A stretch of 64,000 bases of DNA from Bacillota bacterium (GCA_023436485.1 JAEZIU010000142.1:5387-69386), one strand, 5' to 3'. Shown: positions 19,735-30,245, counted from the first letter of the stretch. Notes: generated from the letters alone by a model not told the origin. Translations and numbers: made by a program.

Positions 19735-21351
19735 ATGAGCAAATTAAAAATAAAGTCTTCGTCATTTGGAGAAGACGAAGAAGTTGAATTATATTGGCAT
19801 GGAGTACCGTTCCAGAATACTGAAGGCTTATGGATGATAAAGTGCTTGTTTAAAAGAATTGATGGAAGCTATCAGGAACAAGCAATTCCATTTGGTACTC
19901 TTCCCTATCTTAGGATCGGACAATCATACATAAATGGGGATTTTTCAGATAAACCGGGAAAAGGTTCTTTATTTGAAATAAAGTTACCAAGCTATGTTCA
20001 TTTTGATATTTGTAAAGCTTTTGATTTCCCCAAAAGCTTATATGCTTTTGATAGAAAGCCAGCTCCGACATATGGTAATCTTCCTATTTGCAAATTTGAA
20101 ATCGGTGGTATTATTTATTACATTCCATGTACAGAAGTAGTCAGAAGTATTCTTACGCCCTATAAAATGCTTGTAAATCAAATACTCAGACCTGAAGGAT
20201 TGGATTACTTTTTTGAAAGCTACAATGAGTATAATAGCAGCCTTTCGATTACCTTTAGTGAGGAGTATAATAGAAAATTGCTTAATTATGATTCAATTTC
20301 ATACTTCATTTGGCTCCGCTTCAATATGTATGCTCGAAAATCATGGAATTCAGTTTATAAGAATATGTTGCTTGATGCCTCAAAAAGGTCCGGTGATATA
20401 GCAGTTGAATTCAAAAAAGGTGTGCCCATAAGAGTTATTCCTCCGCATGTAGGATTTTCAACATGGACTTTCCGGGGACTCAAATATAAAAATCATTGTC
20501 TTATACTTGAATTACTTCACAGGTCTGACTTGGAAATCTCGTTTACCAATATTGAGTGCTTCCATCCTAAGCTTGAAAGGCAGGAAGCCGATGGGAAGCC
20601 CAGGTATGTAAAGGATTCAACAAAGAAACTGCTTGATGGTGAGTCAATTGAACTTGATACTACCGGTCAGGCATCTGAAAAGCATACCAATAATACAATT
20701 ATTGAACAACCGCCGGTAATATTCAGCTTTAAGTATAAAACGAGAATATTTAGAAAAAGTAACAAAACAAGAAGGATTCACACTGGAGATATTATTGTAA
20801 TAGGGACTGGAAAAGACGGTGAGAGTGATAATGTCGGGACTACACAGGATTGGGTGCTTGGAGGAAATATACCTCAAATTGAATTTTCAGGATTGAAAAT
20901 GGTTGATGTGAGCCTCAGTAAAGGACTTGAGGAATTTCTGAGGCTAATTGAGCACATCCAAACGTATTATAAGAATTTAAGTTTATCCCTTAGTATAATC
21001 TCACTACCACCGCTAAAAAGTTTTTCTTATTACGAGGATGGTGGTTTGCGTTCATGTGCTGTGGTACAAATAACTCAGAACGGGCATATTCCTTGTTACT
21101 TAATTGAAGTGGGTCGAGCAGACGAATGGTCAATCTCAACTCTGGTTGTTAACCCTGTGAAAACCGAACATTCTGATGTACAAACCTTTGGAGACTTTAC
21201 GCAACGACTTTTAATAGATATAGTAAATAACAATGGGCATTGGGACCGGGAGTTTTTCCGAAAGGAAAATAACTATGTCATTGAAGCAGCAAAACATATC
21301 TCCGGGCAGCCTGTTATAAGGTGGGCTGAGAGGATAATTGAAAAAATTTGA
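19735..21351 (+). CDS. tnsE: TnsE-like transposition protein
   Basis: Follows tnsD; size ~540 aa; C-terminal LIEVGRADEWSISTL...NNGHW resembles the TnsE C-terminal domain. Confidence 0.7.
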   Translation: MSKLKIKSSSFGEDEEVELYWHGVPFQNTEGLWMIKCLFKRIDGSYQEQAIPFGTLPYLRIGQSYINGDFSDKPGKGSLFEIKLPSYVHFDICKAFDFPKSLYAFDRKPAPTYGNLPICKFEIGGIIYYIPCTEVVRSILTPYKMLVNQILRPEGLDYFFESYNEYNSSLSITFSEEYNRKLLNYDSISYFIWLRFNMYARKSWNSVYKNMLLDASKRSGDIAVEFKKGVPIRVIPPHVGFSTWTFRGLKYKNHCLILELLHRSDLEISFTNIECFHPKLERQEADGKPRYVKDSTKKLLDGESIELDTTGQASEKHTNNTIIEQPPVIFSFKYKTRIFRKSNKTRRIHTGDIIVIGTGKDGESDNVGTTQDWVLGGNIPQIEFSGLKMVDVSLSKGLEEFLRLIEHIQTYYKNLSLSLSIISLPPLKSFSYYEDGGLRSCAVVQITQNGHIPCYLIEVGRADEWSISTLVVNPVKTEHSDVQTFGDFTQRLLIDIVNNNGHWDREFFRKENNYVIEAAKHISGQPVIRWAERIIEKI

Positions 21352-21466
21352 TGTCTTACTATATAACAAAAATTGGTTTTATGGTACAATTAAATTTGTT
21401 TAACTATTTATACACTGTTGGTTTTCCTGTTTTGAATATACATCTAACTAATTAAGGTGGGAATTT

Positions 21467-22894
21467 ATGAATAAGAAGTGCCAAGTATTTACTCCACATA
21501 ATAATGTAATTGAAATTTTAGACAGAGTAGGATATTGCAGAGAACTATATGGAAGAAAAGTAATTGAAAACGCTTGTGGTGATGGTAATATACTGAAAGA
21601 AATTGTAAAACGATATATAGAAGATTGCTTAAAAAATAATATTTCATTAATAAATATAAAAAATGGATTGCAAAGAGATATTTATGGAGCTGAAATTGAT
21701 AAAAAGCATTTTAAGAAGTGCCTCAAAAATTTAGATAGTGTTGCTAGTATATATAAAATTCACAATGTTAAATGGAATATTTTAAATAAGGATATTTTAA
21801 AGGAAAAGCTAGGCGTTGAGTTTGACTTTGTTATTGGAAATCCACCTTACATTAAATATAGAGACTTAGATGAGGAGACAAGACAATATGTAAAAGAGAA
21901 CTATGAATCATGTGCCCAAGGTAAATTTGACTATTGTTATGCCTTTATTGAGGCTAGTTTAAAATGTTTGAACGAAAACGGTAAGATGGCTTATCTTATT
22001 CCTAGCAATATATTTAAGAATGTTTTCGCTCAAAAATTAAGAGAAATGATGATTCCATATTTAGCAGCCATTTATGATTATACGACATTCAAATTATTTG
22101 ATAAAAAGCTTACATCATCTGCAATAATGATATTAAATAAGGGAAAATCTTACAATAAAATCGAGTATTTTGATGTAGTAAAATCTAAACGCAATGAAAT
22201 ATCTAAGAAAGATCTTAACGGTAAATGGGTGTTTTCGCATTTTACATCTCAGAGCGTTGGGAATAAGTATAGGTTCGGTGACTTATTTAATGCTTCTTTA
22301 AGTATAGCTACTCTTTTAAATGAAGCATTTATAATTAATAACTTTGAAATAACTGAAGAGTATCTTTTAGTTGATGGGTTAATGATAGAAAAGGAAATAA
22401 TAAGGGATGCAGCTAGTCCAAGATCATTAAATTATAAAAAAAGTGAAAAGATTATATTTCCATATTATTACGATAATAATTCGTTGATAAGATATGCCCC
22501 TAAAAAATTTGAAGATAAATTTCCAGGGGCAGTGAATCACTTAAAAAAGTATACCGAGAAGTTATCAAAACGTGACTCTGATAAAAATGTTTATTGGTAT
22601 GAGTACGGAAGAAGTCAGGCTCTAGCTCACCTAAATCAAAAGAAGTTGCTAACATCAACACTTGTAACAAAAAATGTAAAAGTTTACACTTTAACTGAGG
22701 AGTGCATACCATATTCCGGTATATATATTACATCTAAAGGAGAATTTTGCCTTGATAAAGCTAAAAAGATACTTCAAAGTCTTAATTTTTATGAATATGT
22801 TAAATCTATAGGTATAAACGCAAGTGGGGATTCGATTAGAATTACTGCGGGAGATATTAATAATTATGAATTTAGGGATGAGGAGGTACTATAA
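21467..22894 (+). CDS. N6-adenine DNA methyltransferase (Eco57I/TaqI-like, gamma class)
   Basis: QVFTP, ENACGDGN (motif I), VIGNPPY (motif IV), TaqI-C-like WYEYGRSQ region. Confidence 0.9.
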   Translation: MNKKCQVFTPHNNVIEILDRVGYCRELYGRKVIENACGDGNILKEIVKRYIEDCLKNNISLINIKNGLQRDIYGAEIDKKHFKKCLKNLDSVASIYKIHNVKWNILNKDILKEKLGVEFDFVIGNPPYIKYRDLDEETRQYVKENYESCAQGKFDYCYAFIEASLKCLNENGKMAYLIPSNIFKNVFAQKLREMMIPYLAAIYDYTTFKLFDKKLTSSAIMILNKGKSYNKIEYFDVVKSKRNEISKKDLNGKWVFSHFTSQSVGNKYRFGDLFNASLSIATLLNEAFIINNFEITEEYLLVDGLMIEKEIIRDAASPRSLNYKKSEKIIFPYYYDNNSLIRYAPKKFEDKFPGAVNHLKKYTEKLSKRDSDKNVYWYEYGRSQALAHLNQKKLLTSTLVTKNVKVYTLTEECIPYSGIYITSKGEFCLDKAKKILQSLNFYEYVKSIGINASGDSIRITAGDINNYEFRDEEVL

Positions 22895-22896
22895 TT

Positions 22897-25173
22897 ATGT
22901 CTAAAATGAAGTATAGAATTTCATCACGTGCAACGATTTTATTAGGACGAGAAAGTGTCTCTAAAGTTGATGGAGCAGTTGTTGAATTAGTAAAAAATAC
23001 ATATGATGCAGATGCAGTTCTATGCTTTATTTGTTTTGATGTTGAAAATGATTGCATCTATATATTGGATAACGGAATTGGAATGACCAAAGATGTTATT
23101 GAAAATTGTTGGATGATGATAGGCACTGACAATAAAAAAGCAAACTTTAGGTCCGAAAAAAATAGAATAAAGGCTGGAGAAAAAGGGATAGGGAGATTTG
23201 CACTTGATCGATTAGGTAGTAAGTGTGATATGTACACAAAGAGTAAGTTTAGTGAACAGTTAATACTATGGAGGAATGATTGGTCAAATTTTGAACAGAC
23301 TGGAAAAACTATCGATGAGATAGAAGCAGACTATGAAAAACTCGATGTAACCTATGAGGATATAATACCATCTTATATATTAAATAATATAAATGACATA
23401 AAAAGTAAAAGATTAGATTTAAATATCGAGCTTGTAAGTGGAACACTGCTAAAAATAAGCGGCCTCCGTGATGAGTGGAAAGATAAAGACATTGAGAATA
23501 TTTTTAATACAATGGGATTTTTAATACCTCCATCTGAGGATAAAGATTACATAATATGTGTTCAAAAGTCACCAGTGGCATCCTATCTTATTATTGAAAA
23601 TGAAATAAAAGATGAATATGACTATAAAGTATCAGCAGAATTTGATGGAGAGTTATTTCACATAATTCTTGATAGAAATGAGTTTGATTTAAAAAAAATT
23701 TCTACTGATATTTTCAAAATGGATAGATTTAAAGATTTTCCTTACAGATATCAAGATTTTGAAACAAAAATTTTTAATTATAAATTTACGATAGCCGAGT
23801 TAATGGGAAACAAAGATAATGATTATATTGAATCAATTAAAAAAATAGGTAAATTTAAATTTAGTTATATTTTCATGAAATTATTACTTCAAGATGATTC
23901 TAAAGAAACCTTTTTTTATAAGGAAATAAGTAAAGGTAGAAAAATTTGGATGGATCAATATGGTGGAATAAAAATCTATAGAGATAACTTTTGGGTTAGA
24001 CCATATGGAGATCCTGAGTCAGATTCTTTTGACTGGATAGGTTTAGATGCTAGAAGAGCTACAAATCCAGCTGCAATATCACATCAATCGGAAAATTGGC
24101 ATGTTAGGAATGCACAAGGGCAAGGATCTGTATTAATATCAAGAATAGATAATGAGTGTATACTAGATAAATCAAGTCGTGAAGGTATTATTGAAAACGA
24201 GTATTACAAATTGTTTAAAGATGTACTTACAAATATTATTTCCATTTTCGAAAAAGACAGAGCCTATATTGGACGAACAATGAAATTATATTCAGATATA
24301 GTAAATGAAAAGGAAAAGACAAAAGAGACTGGAAAAGAATTAGCTAAAACACTTCTAAATAAAACTAGAAAAAATAGGAAAAAGGGTAGGGCATTACCAG
24401 CAACTGAACAAGTTGAAACTTTGGCAAAAGCAGTACAGTATTATGAAGAAGAAAGGGAAGAATTAATATCTGAGGTAAAGCTACTACGCTCATTAGCTAC
24501 AAATGGATTAATTACGACCTCAATAGTGCACGATCTAAAAAGTATAAATGCTCTATTGGTCAATAGGGTTGACTCATTTAAATTTGCAATCGAAAAACAA
24601 AATGATGTTTTAACAAATCGTTGTTTAGATGATTTGAGAAAAAATGATGTTTTTTTAAAGTCATGGATAACAGTTATTACTAATCAAAAGAAAGATAAAA
24701 GGACGAGAACGAAAAGAGATTTATATGAGGTTATTAAAGATACAGTTAATATTTTAGAACCTATTTTAAAGCAAAAAAATATTGTGATTAATGTAGCTGA
24801 TGATAATAAACAAATATTGAAGAAAATATTTATATCTGATTTTGAAAGTATTTTATATAATCTAATTATTAATTCTGTAGAATCCTTCGAAAAAAGTAAA
24901 ATTGCAGAGAGGATTATTACTATCAAGATGTTAACTGGATCGCAATTTGTTTTACATTATGAAGATAATGGCGAAGGTTTATCGGAAATTTTTAAAAGTC
25001 CTTATGATATTTTTAAATATGGTATTACAAGTAAGTATGATAAAAATGGTGAACCAATAGGTTCTGGATTAGGTATGTATATTGTAGCTTCAACCGCCAG
25101 AGAATATAATGCTCAGTATGAAATAACTAAGTATACAAATGGTTTTGGCTTGAAGTTAAATTTTCCGCTATAA
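22897..25173 (+). CDS. GHKL (MORC/MutL-like) ATPase fused to a C-terminal histidine kinase
   Basis: N-terminal ELVKNTYDADA, DNGIGM, GEKGIGRF; C-terminal H-box IVHDLKS, N-box LYNLIINS, DNGEG, GSGLGMY. Confidence 0.85.
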   Translation: MSKMKYRISSRATILLGRESVSKVDGAVVELVKNTYDADAVLCFICFDVENDCIYILDNGIGMTKDVIENCWMMIGTDNKKANFRSEKNRIKAGEKGIGRFALDRLGSKCDMYTKSKFSEQLILWRNDWSNFEQTGKTIDEIEADYEKLDVTYEDIIPSYILNNINDIKSKRLDLNIELVSGTLLKISGLRDEWKDKDIENIFNTMGFLIPPSEDKDYIICVQKSPVASYLIIENEIKDEYDYKVSAEFDGELFHIILDRNEFDLKKISTDIFKMDRFKDFPYRYQDFETKIFNYKFTIAELMGNKDNDYIESIKKIGKFKFSYIFMKLLLQDDSKETFFYKEISKGRKIWMDQYGGIKIYRDNFWVRPYGDPESDSFDWIGLDARRATNPAAISHQSENWHVRNAQGQGSVLISRIDNECILDKSSREGIIENEYYKLFKDVLTNIISIFEKDRAYIGRTMKLYSDIVNEKEKTKETGKELAKTLLNKTRKNRKKGRALPATEQVETLAKAVQYYEEEREELISEVKLLRSLATNGLITTSIVHDLKSINALLVNRVDSFKFAIEKQNDVLTNRCLDDLRKNDVFLKSWITVITNQKKDKRTRTKRDLYEVIKDTVNILEPILKQKNIVINVADDNKQILKKIFISDFESILYNLIINSVESFEKSKIAERIITIKMLTGSQFVLHYEDNGEGLSEIFKSPYDIFKYGITSKYDKNGEPIGSGLGMYIVASTAREYNAQYEITKYTNGFGLKLNFPL

Positions 25174-25185
25174 GGAGTATAAAAA

Positions 25186-25854
25186 ATGGAACGTGTTTTC
25201 AAGATTGGTATTATAGACGACGATTCGAGTAAAAAAACACAAATTATGATACGATTGATGCAAGGAATTAGTGAAGCATCATCAGAGAAACAAGAAAAAT
25301 ATTTAAAATATAGTCTTGAGCCTATTGAAATTAAATTAAAAAAAGAACTAAATGATATGTTAAAGCAAGTTGTTGAACTAAATATTGATTGTGTTTTAGT
25401 TGACTATAAGTTATCATCATTTGAAAATGTAAATTATTCTGGAGTAGATTTTGCTAAAGCACTAAGCCAAATTTTATATGATTTCCCAATTTTTATACTC
25501 ACTTCTTATGAAGACGCTTTATTTTCAAATGAAATATTCAATTCTTATCAAGTTTTTGATTTTTCGAGATATTTAAATGAAACATCAGAAAGAATAGAAT
25601 TAAATTACAAAATAATAGAACAGATTCTAAAAACTAAAAAACAAAAAGAGCAATGGGAAAAAGAGATAAAAAGACTTCTGCCTTTAGCCGGTAAATCAGA
25701 AGAAATTGATTCTAAATTATTAGATCTAGATAATAAATTGGAACGATCAATTAATGGAGCTTTTTCTATACCTGATAAAGTTAAGAAAGATTTATGTGCC
25801 AATAAATTAAATGAGCTATTAGATAAAATTGATAGATTACTAGAAAAGGGGTAA
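25186..25854 (+). CDS. Response-regulator receiver protein with C-terminal coiled coil
   Basis: IGIIDDD, VLVDYKL (phospho-acceptor Asp), GVDFAKAL, PIFILTS; no HTH output domain. Confidence 0.8.
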   Translation: MERVFKIGIIDDDSSKKTQIMIRLMQGISEASSEKQEKYLKYSLEPIEIKLKKELNDMLKQVVELNIDCVLVDYKLSSFENVNYSGVDFAKALSQILYDFPIFILTSYEDALFSNEIFNSYQVFDFSRYLNETSERIELNYKIIEQILKTKKQKEQWEKEIKRLLPLAGKSEEIDSKLLDLDNKLERSINGAFSIPDKVKKDLCANKLNELLDKIDRLLEKG

Positions 25855-25858
25855 TATT

Positions 25859-26458
25859 TTGCAAAAAGTAAAAAATAAAAAACCCATAAGGTCATTTACT
25901 GGAGAAATGTGGAGAACGAATGGTTCAAATAAGTTTAGATTGGCTAAAGATTTTGATAATAAATGTGCTTATTGTGATGATTATGATAAGTATAGTGGCG
26001 GATATAATGTATACCATGTAGAGCATTTTGCACCGAAAGAAAAGTTTAGTGAGCTTGAATTTACATATGATAATTTACTATATAGCTGTCCATATTGTAA
26101 TATATCAAAATCTGATAAGTGGGTCGGAAACTCTGCAGATGAAAGTATTGTTGGGAATAAAGGATTCATAGACCCTTGTACAGATGAATATTATGAACAT
26201 TTGAAGAGAGATCAAGATGGTAATATAATCTATACATCGGAAATAGGAAAATATATGTATGAGGAATTAAAACTGTACTTAAAAAGACATTCCATTTTAT
26301 ACAACATTGAAAAAGTAAGAGTAAAAAAAAATGATCTAAAAGCGAAAATTGCTGAAAAAGAACTAAAGAACGAGGATTTTGCTGACCTAGATCAACTTTA
26401 TAAACAACTTTGTGTTGTATTCTGTGAATATTATGATTTATTCTTTGAAGACGAATAA
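25859..26458 (+). CDS. HNH endonuclease
   Basis: CAYC...HVEHFAPK...NLLYSCPYCN..K. Confidence 0.88.
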   Translation: MQKVKNKKPIRSFTGEMWRTNGSNKFRLAKDFDNKCAYCDDYDKYSGGYNVYHVEHFAPKEKFSELEFTYDNLLYSCPYCNISKSDKWVGNSADESIVGNKGFIDPCTDEYYEHLKRDQDGNIIYTSEIGKYMYEELKLYLKRHSILYNIEKVRVKKNDLKAKIAEKELKNEDFADLDQLYKQLCVVFCEYYDLFFEDE

Positions 26459-26529
26459 TTTTGTTTTATAAATTATATTGTTTTTATAGGCAATTATTTA
26501 CCAATTTTAGCTATATTACGGAGGAAAGT

Positions 26530-28377
26530 ATGCCATTACTCCCAAAAAACTCTATTCAGCAGACTATTGGTGATATTGGAGAAACAGAAGCCGCTCTCAG
26601 GTTTAAAAAATGGAAATGGACTGCAGATATAATAAAAAGTGATTTTGGTGAAGATTTAAGCTGTAATATATTTATTGATACCTTAAGAACTAACCTGTAT
26701 TTTAGGTGTCAAGTGAAATCAACATGCAATCCAAATCACAAAAGCTATATAAGAAAATTAAAGTCTGGAAACTATAGCGTTAGTATTGATTCCAAGACTT
26801 TAAAAGCATGGTTATTTAGTTATTTTCCGATTTTACTAATAATATATGATGATAACATCGAAGAGTTATTTTGGGCAGATCCTGTTAGTCAAATTAAAGA
26901 CAGATTACAAATGTTGTCTCAGGAAAGCATAACTATACATCTTAACAAGGAAAATAAGTTAAAAAGTGATAGGGTGGAAATTGAAAACCTTGTAAGGGAA
27001 TATTATGCTAAGCTGCTAAAACTTCAAACTAATTATATTAGATGCACTGTTTTTCCAGTAATCATGCCAGGCTATAAGCTTATTCCATATAAAGATTTCT
27101 ACAATAACTTGAATATCTTAAGGGATACAGATTTAGTAACGGTCGATTCGTCTTTTAGATATACTAATACATTACCCGCATGGATGACACTTATTAAAAC
27201 ACTTGAGCCGACTAACTTTCTTAGTTGCTATGAAGTGAAATATTCAGGGAGTGATTTAGGCATATTTGTTAGTAGTATTAAAAGTGTTATGTCATGTTTC
27301 AAGTATAAGCTTGAAAAAGATGAATGGATAAGTTTTGTATGCTCTTCTATTGAAATGGCATGTGAAGCTGAACAAAATGATGAGTATCAAATATTGAAAA
27401 AAGAACTTACTGGCTGGTGGGGATTTTCTGTAATTAACTCCAATGTTATATCAGAACCTGATTATACATTTCAAATTCCTAAAGATTTTTTCCATCAATC
27501 TACTCGAAGGGCTCGTAGTTGGGAGTATTTTCATCATGTAAGTCCAGACTTGGACTTAGCGATTCAATTGTTTGGTTCTGTTGGAATAAGTCCGTCATAT
27601 ATAAATTTTAACAGATCTCTAGAAGAAAGCATTAAAAGACAATATATTGTTTGGGAGTGTAGTTCGGACGAAATTGATGATTTGGAAAAGTTACTTTTGG
27701 ATACTGAATTGGTTTACAGAATAATACCGGAGTTTTCAAATGAAGAGAAATATATAGGGATCGTTTGTAAACATATGTTTGAACCGTTTTTAGGTCTTAC
27801 ACCTACCTTCATGGATTGGAATGAGTTTGAAAAGGGGGTTTTAGGATTAGTTCAAGACAGCAAAAATAATTTTATTATTCCTGGTAGACAGCCATCAATA
27901 GATATAGTAGAAAAAATAGTAAGACTAATAAATGAAGATTCAATAGAGGCTACAGAACACCTGATTACCCAAAAAGATTATTGCGATGTCATACCTATCA
28001 ATTTAAAAGATAGATGGATCTCAATACATAGATATAGAATTGATTATACTTATAATCTTAAATTTGCTAAAGACCAACTAGAATTACTTAAAAATGAAGC
28101 GCAATGCATCCTTGGGGATGGATCAAATGTAATAACCTCAGTTGAAGAATTTGAAACTGGATTTGGCGAAAAAGTAATTGAACTCCGTATTGAGTGGAAT
28201 CCATCGTTATTTGATTCTTCAAAGGATTCATTTGAAAAAATAAAGCATATCATTTTGCGTACATTTGACACAATTTTTGATAGAAAGATTCTGAAAGTGA
28301 AAAATTTTGATAATTGTACCTTAGATGTATTAAGATTCTATGGTGAAGTTGATTTTCGTTTAAATGATAAGAAATAA
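26530..28377 (+). CDS. DUF4365-like PD-(D/E)xK nuclease domain protein
   Basis: GDIGE...DFGED...QVKST N-terminal motif; ATG 26530 with GGAGGA RBS. Confidence 0.7.
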   Translation: MPLLPKNSIQQTIGDIGETEAALRFKKWKWTADIIKSDFGEDLSCNIFIDTLRTNLYFRCQVKSTCNPNHKSYIRKLKSGNYSVSIDSKTLKAWLFSYFPILLIIYDDNIEELFWADPVSQIKDRLQMLSQESITIHLNKENKLKSDRVEIENLVREYYAKLLKLQTNYIRCTVFPVIMPGYKLIPYKDFYNNLNILRDTDLVTVDSSFRYTNTLPAWMTLIKTLEPTNFLSCYEVKYSGSDLGIFVSSIKSVMSCFKYKLEKDEWISFVCSSIEMACEAEQNDEYQILKKELTGWWGFSVINSNVISEPDYTFQIPKDFFHQSTRRARSWEYFHHVSPDLDLAIQLFGSVGISPSYINFNRSLEESIKRQYIVWECSSDEIDDLEKLLLDTELVYRIIPEFSNEEKYIGIVCKHMFEPFLGLTPTFMDWNEFEKGVLGLVQDSKNNFIIPGRQPSIDIVEKIVRLINEDSIEATEHLITQKDYCDVIPINLKDRWISIHRYRIDYTYNLKFAKDQLELLKNEAQCILGDGSNVITSVEEFETGFGEKVIELRIEWNPSLFDSSKDSFEKIKHIILRTFDTIFDRKILKVKNFDNCTLDVLRFYGEVDFRLNDKK

Positions 28378-28459
28378 ATATGTGCTAGTCTACCGTAGTA
28401 ATAAAGTGAATATAAAAATAATTATATATTTATTATGAATTACATATTTAAGGAGAGAT

Positions 28460-29491
28460 ATGCCTAAATGGAAGAGTACTAAAAAGACAGAGAACCAAGG
28501 TATTATATTCTTAGAAAGTGTTATAAATGAGAATGGCTCAATTTACAGACCTATACCAGGGGATAAGGATACCGGGATAGATGGGTTTATCGAATTTGTT
28601 GATTCTGAAAATGTGACAGGTGAACTGATTGCAGTGCAAGTAAAAACAGGGGATTCCTATTATAATGTAAAAACAAACGAATTTGAACTTAATCTTGACA
28701 ATGATATGTTAAATTATTGGCAGAATTATATGTTACCTGTAATTCTCTTTTTTTACTCTCCGAGTAAAAAAAGAGGTGCATGGGTTTCTGTAAGTGATTT
28801 TATTAAATATCAGCAATATCATGGAAAAATTCCGATTAAAAAAATAACCACTTCACTTAATAATTATGAGCTAAGAGGTGATAACTTCTCTGACCTCAGA
28901 GATTACGGGAAAATGTATTTCGACTCTAAAAAACTATTTGAGTGTGTTGACAGATGCTTAAGTGATAGTGAACAAGAGGTTTTTGATTGCTTTATGATTT
29001 TAGCAAACCATCCTTATTCGAGAGGAAATAGAATAACCACTTTTTTAGCAAAATACTTATTAAAATCAAATAATACTGAACTTTTAAAAACAGCACTATT
29101 CATTTTAGGATATGGTGTCGGTAGAAACAGATGGTCATGGAATCCTAATAATGATGATGAACGAAAAATAAGTAGCTATGCATATGATATTTGTGAAACA
29201 ATTACTGAGGAAGAACTAATTAAATTATTACGTTTAATAGATAATGAAGCGTTTCATGGACCAGATGCTTTAGGGGAACGGTTTTTTGATATAATTTCTT
29301 GTTGTCATGATAAAGCTATTCCGATATTTGAAAGAGTTGCCACAGATAAATCAGAGCCGATTGAAAGACGACTAAATGCTTTATACTTAATTTATGAGTG
29401 TGATGAGGAAACCATTGATGAGGCGTATAAAGAAGGTACTTACTTAGACGAATATAATGATCTATTTATATACTTATTTGAAAGTGATTAA
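28460..29491 (+). CDS. DUF4365-like nuclease domain protein with helical C-terminus
   Basis: DTGIDGFIE...AVQVKTG...YW...LPVIL motif. Confidence 0.75.
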   Translation: MPKWKSTKKTENQGIIFLESVINENGSIYRPIPGDKDTGIDGFIEFVDSENVTGELIAVQVKTGDSYYNVKTNEFELNLDNDMLNYWQNYMLPVILFFYSPSKKRGAWVSVSDFIKYQQYHGKIPIKKITTSLNNYELRGDNFSDLRDYGKMYFDSKKLFECVDRCLSDSEQEVFDCFMILANHPYSRGNRITTFLAKYLLKSNNTELLKTALFILGYGVGRNRWSWNPNNDDERKISSYAYDICETITEEELIKLLRLIDNEAFHGPDALGERFFDIISCCHDKAIPIFERVATDKSEPIERRLNALYLIYECDEETIDEAYKEGTYLDEYNDLFIYLFESD

Positions 29492-29526
29492 TGTAATAAG
29501 AAATACAATAATACATTTATTTAATG

Positions 29527-29688
29527 AATTCTACAATATTTTTATTAGCAGTTAAGCATAAATAGTTAATAGAAGCAATAATTCTGCTAATAATTCTACA
29601 ACTTTATTTGTATAACACATGCTGGAATTAAAATTATATGTGTATTTCGCATGTGAGAATTCCACATCTTTTTTATGATTCCTCAAAA
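29527..29688 (-). repeat. Element 2 distal end: three spaced, inverted TnsB sites
   Basis: AATTCTACAATATTTTTATTA (29527), AATTCTACAACTTTATTTGTA (29592), AATTCCACATCTTTTTTATGA (29658); 65-66 bp spacing, as in a Tn7 left end. Confidence 0.8.
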
Positions 29689-29689
29689 A

Positions 29690-30175
29690 TGTCCACATAC
29701 AATAAAGTTGTTCAAAATACAATAGAGTTGTACAAAAACAAATATAATTGTTCAAAATATTTTCGGAGTAATACATAAAATACCACTTAATTCAGAAATA
29801 CTTTATGATAAAGGGTTGGTGGTTTTATTGAGTAAATATAAGTACTATTGGAACGAAGAAAAATATAATAAATGGATAAAAGAAGGCTACGGACAAGGTA
29901 CAGGTAAGGATTATTTGCCATGGATTACTGTGCATGACTTCCCTTCTAATGGTTTTATATCAAGAGCACCCGGTTGGAAATCCAACCGGGTGTACCATTT
30001 TATGTCAATAAGTGAACTCGGATATTTTTATATTTTAGAATGGTCTGACATTGTAACAGATATTCGAGAGCAATTTCTGTTAGAACTTGAGATAACAATG
30101 AAAATAGCTGAAGAATTTGGAATTAGGCATCCTTGTGATAATAAGTCGGGCTTTCCAACACAACAATACATTTAA
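29690..30175 (+). mobile_element. Remnant of a third Tn7-like element (end plus tnsA fragment)
   Basis: TGT at 29690, then three contiguous 20-bp sites TACAATAAAGTTGTTCAAAA / TACAATAGAGTTGTACAAAA / ACAAATATAATTGTTCAAAA (29698-29757). Confidence 0.75.
29828..30175 (+). pseudogene. tnsA: Truncated tnsA
   Basis: Closely similar to the N-terminal ~110 aa of the 13122 TnsA (EGYGQGTGKDYLPW, DIREQF); similarity stops before the catalytic TSDF motif. Confidence 0.85.
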
Positions 30176-30216
30176 AGATACATAACGACATTTTCCAACA
30201 AAATATGAAGAAAAAT

Positions 30217-30245
30217 TTGACATTTAATATATATTTAGCTATAAT
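30217..30245 (+). promoter_or_regulatory. Consensus sigma-A promoter upstream of the MutS-like gene and biosynthetic cluster
   Basis: TTGACA (30217-30222)-N17-TATAAT (30240-30245). Confidence 0.75.

Larger units (their letters stand above)
11141..29688. mobile_element. Tn7-like transposon, element 2 (tnsABCDE type; probably non-autonomous)
   Basis: Terminal inverted repeats TGTTGAGGAATCATAAAAAAG (11141) / CTTTTTTATGATTCCTCAAAA (ends 29688, terminal ACA reads AAA); tnsA-E inside. Confidence 0.85.

Noticed and set aside
29689..29693. Expected second copy of the GTTCG target duplication after element 2
   Set aside because: Sequence is ATGTC, so a target-site duplication for element 2 cannot be claimed
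29552..29776. 74-aa minus-strand ORF
   Set aside because: Spans the element 2/3 junction repeats; a spurious product of the end sequences
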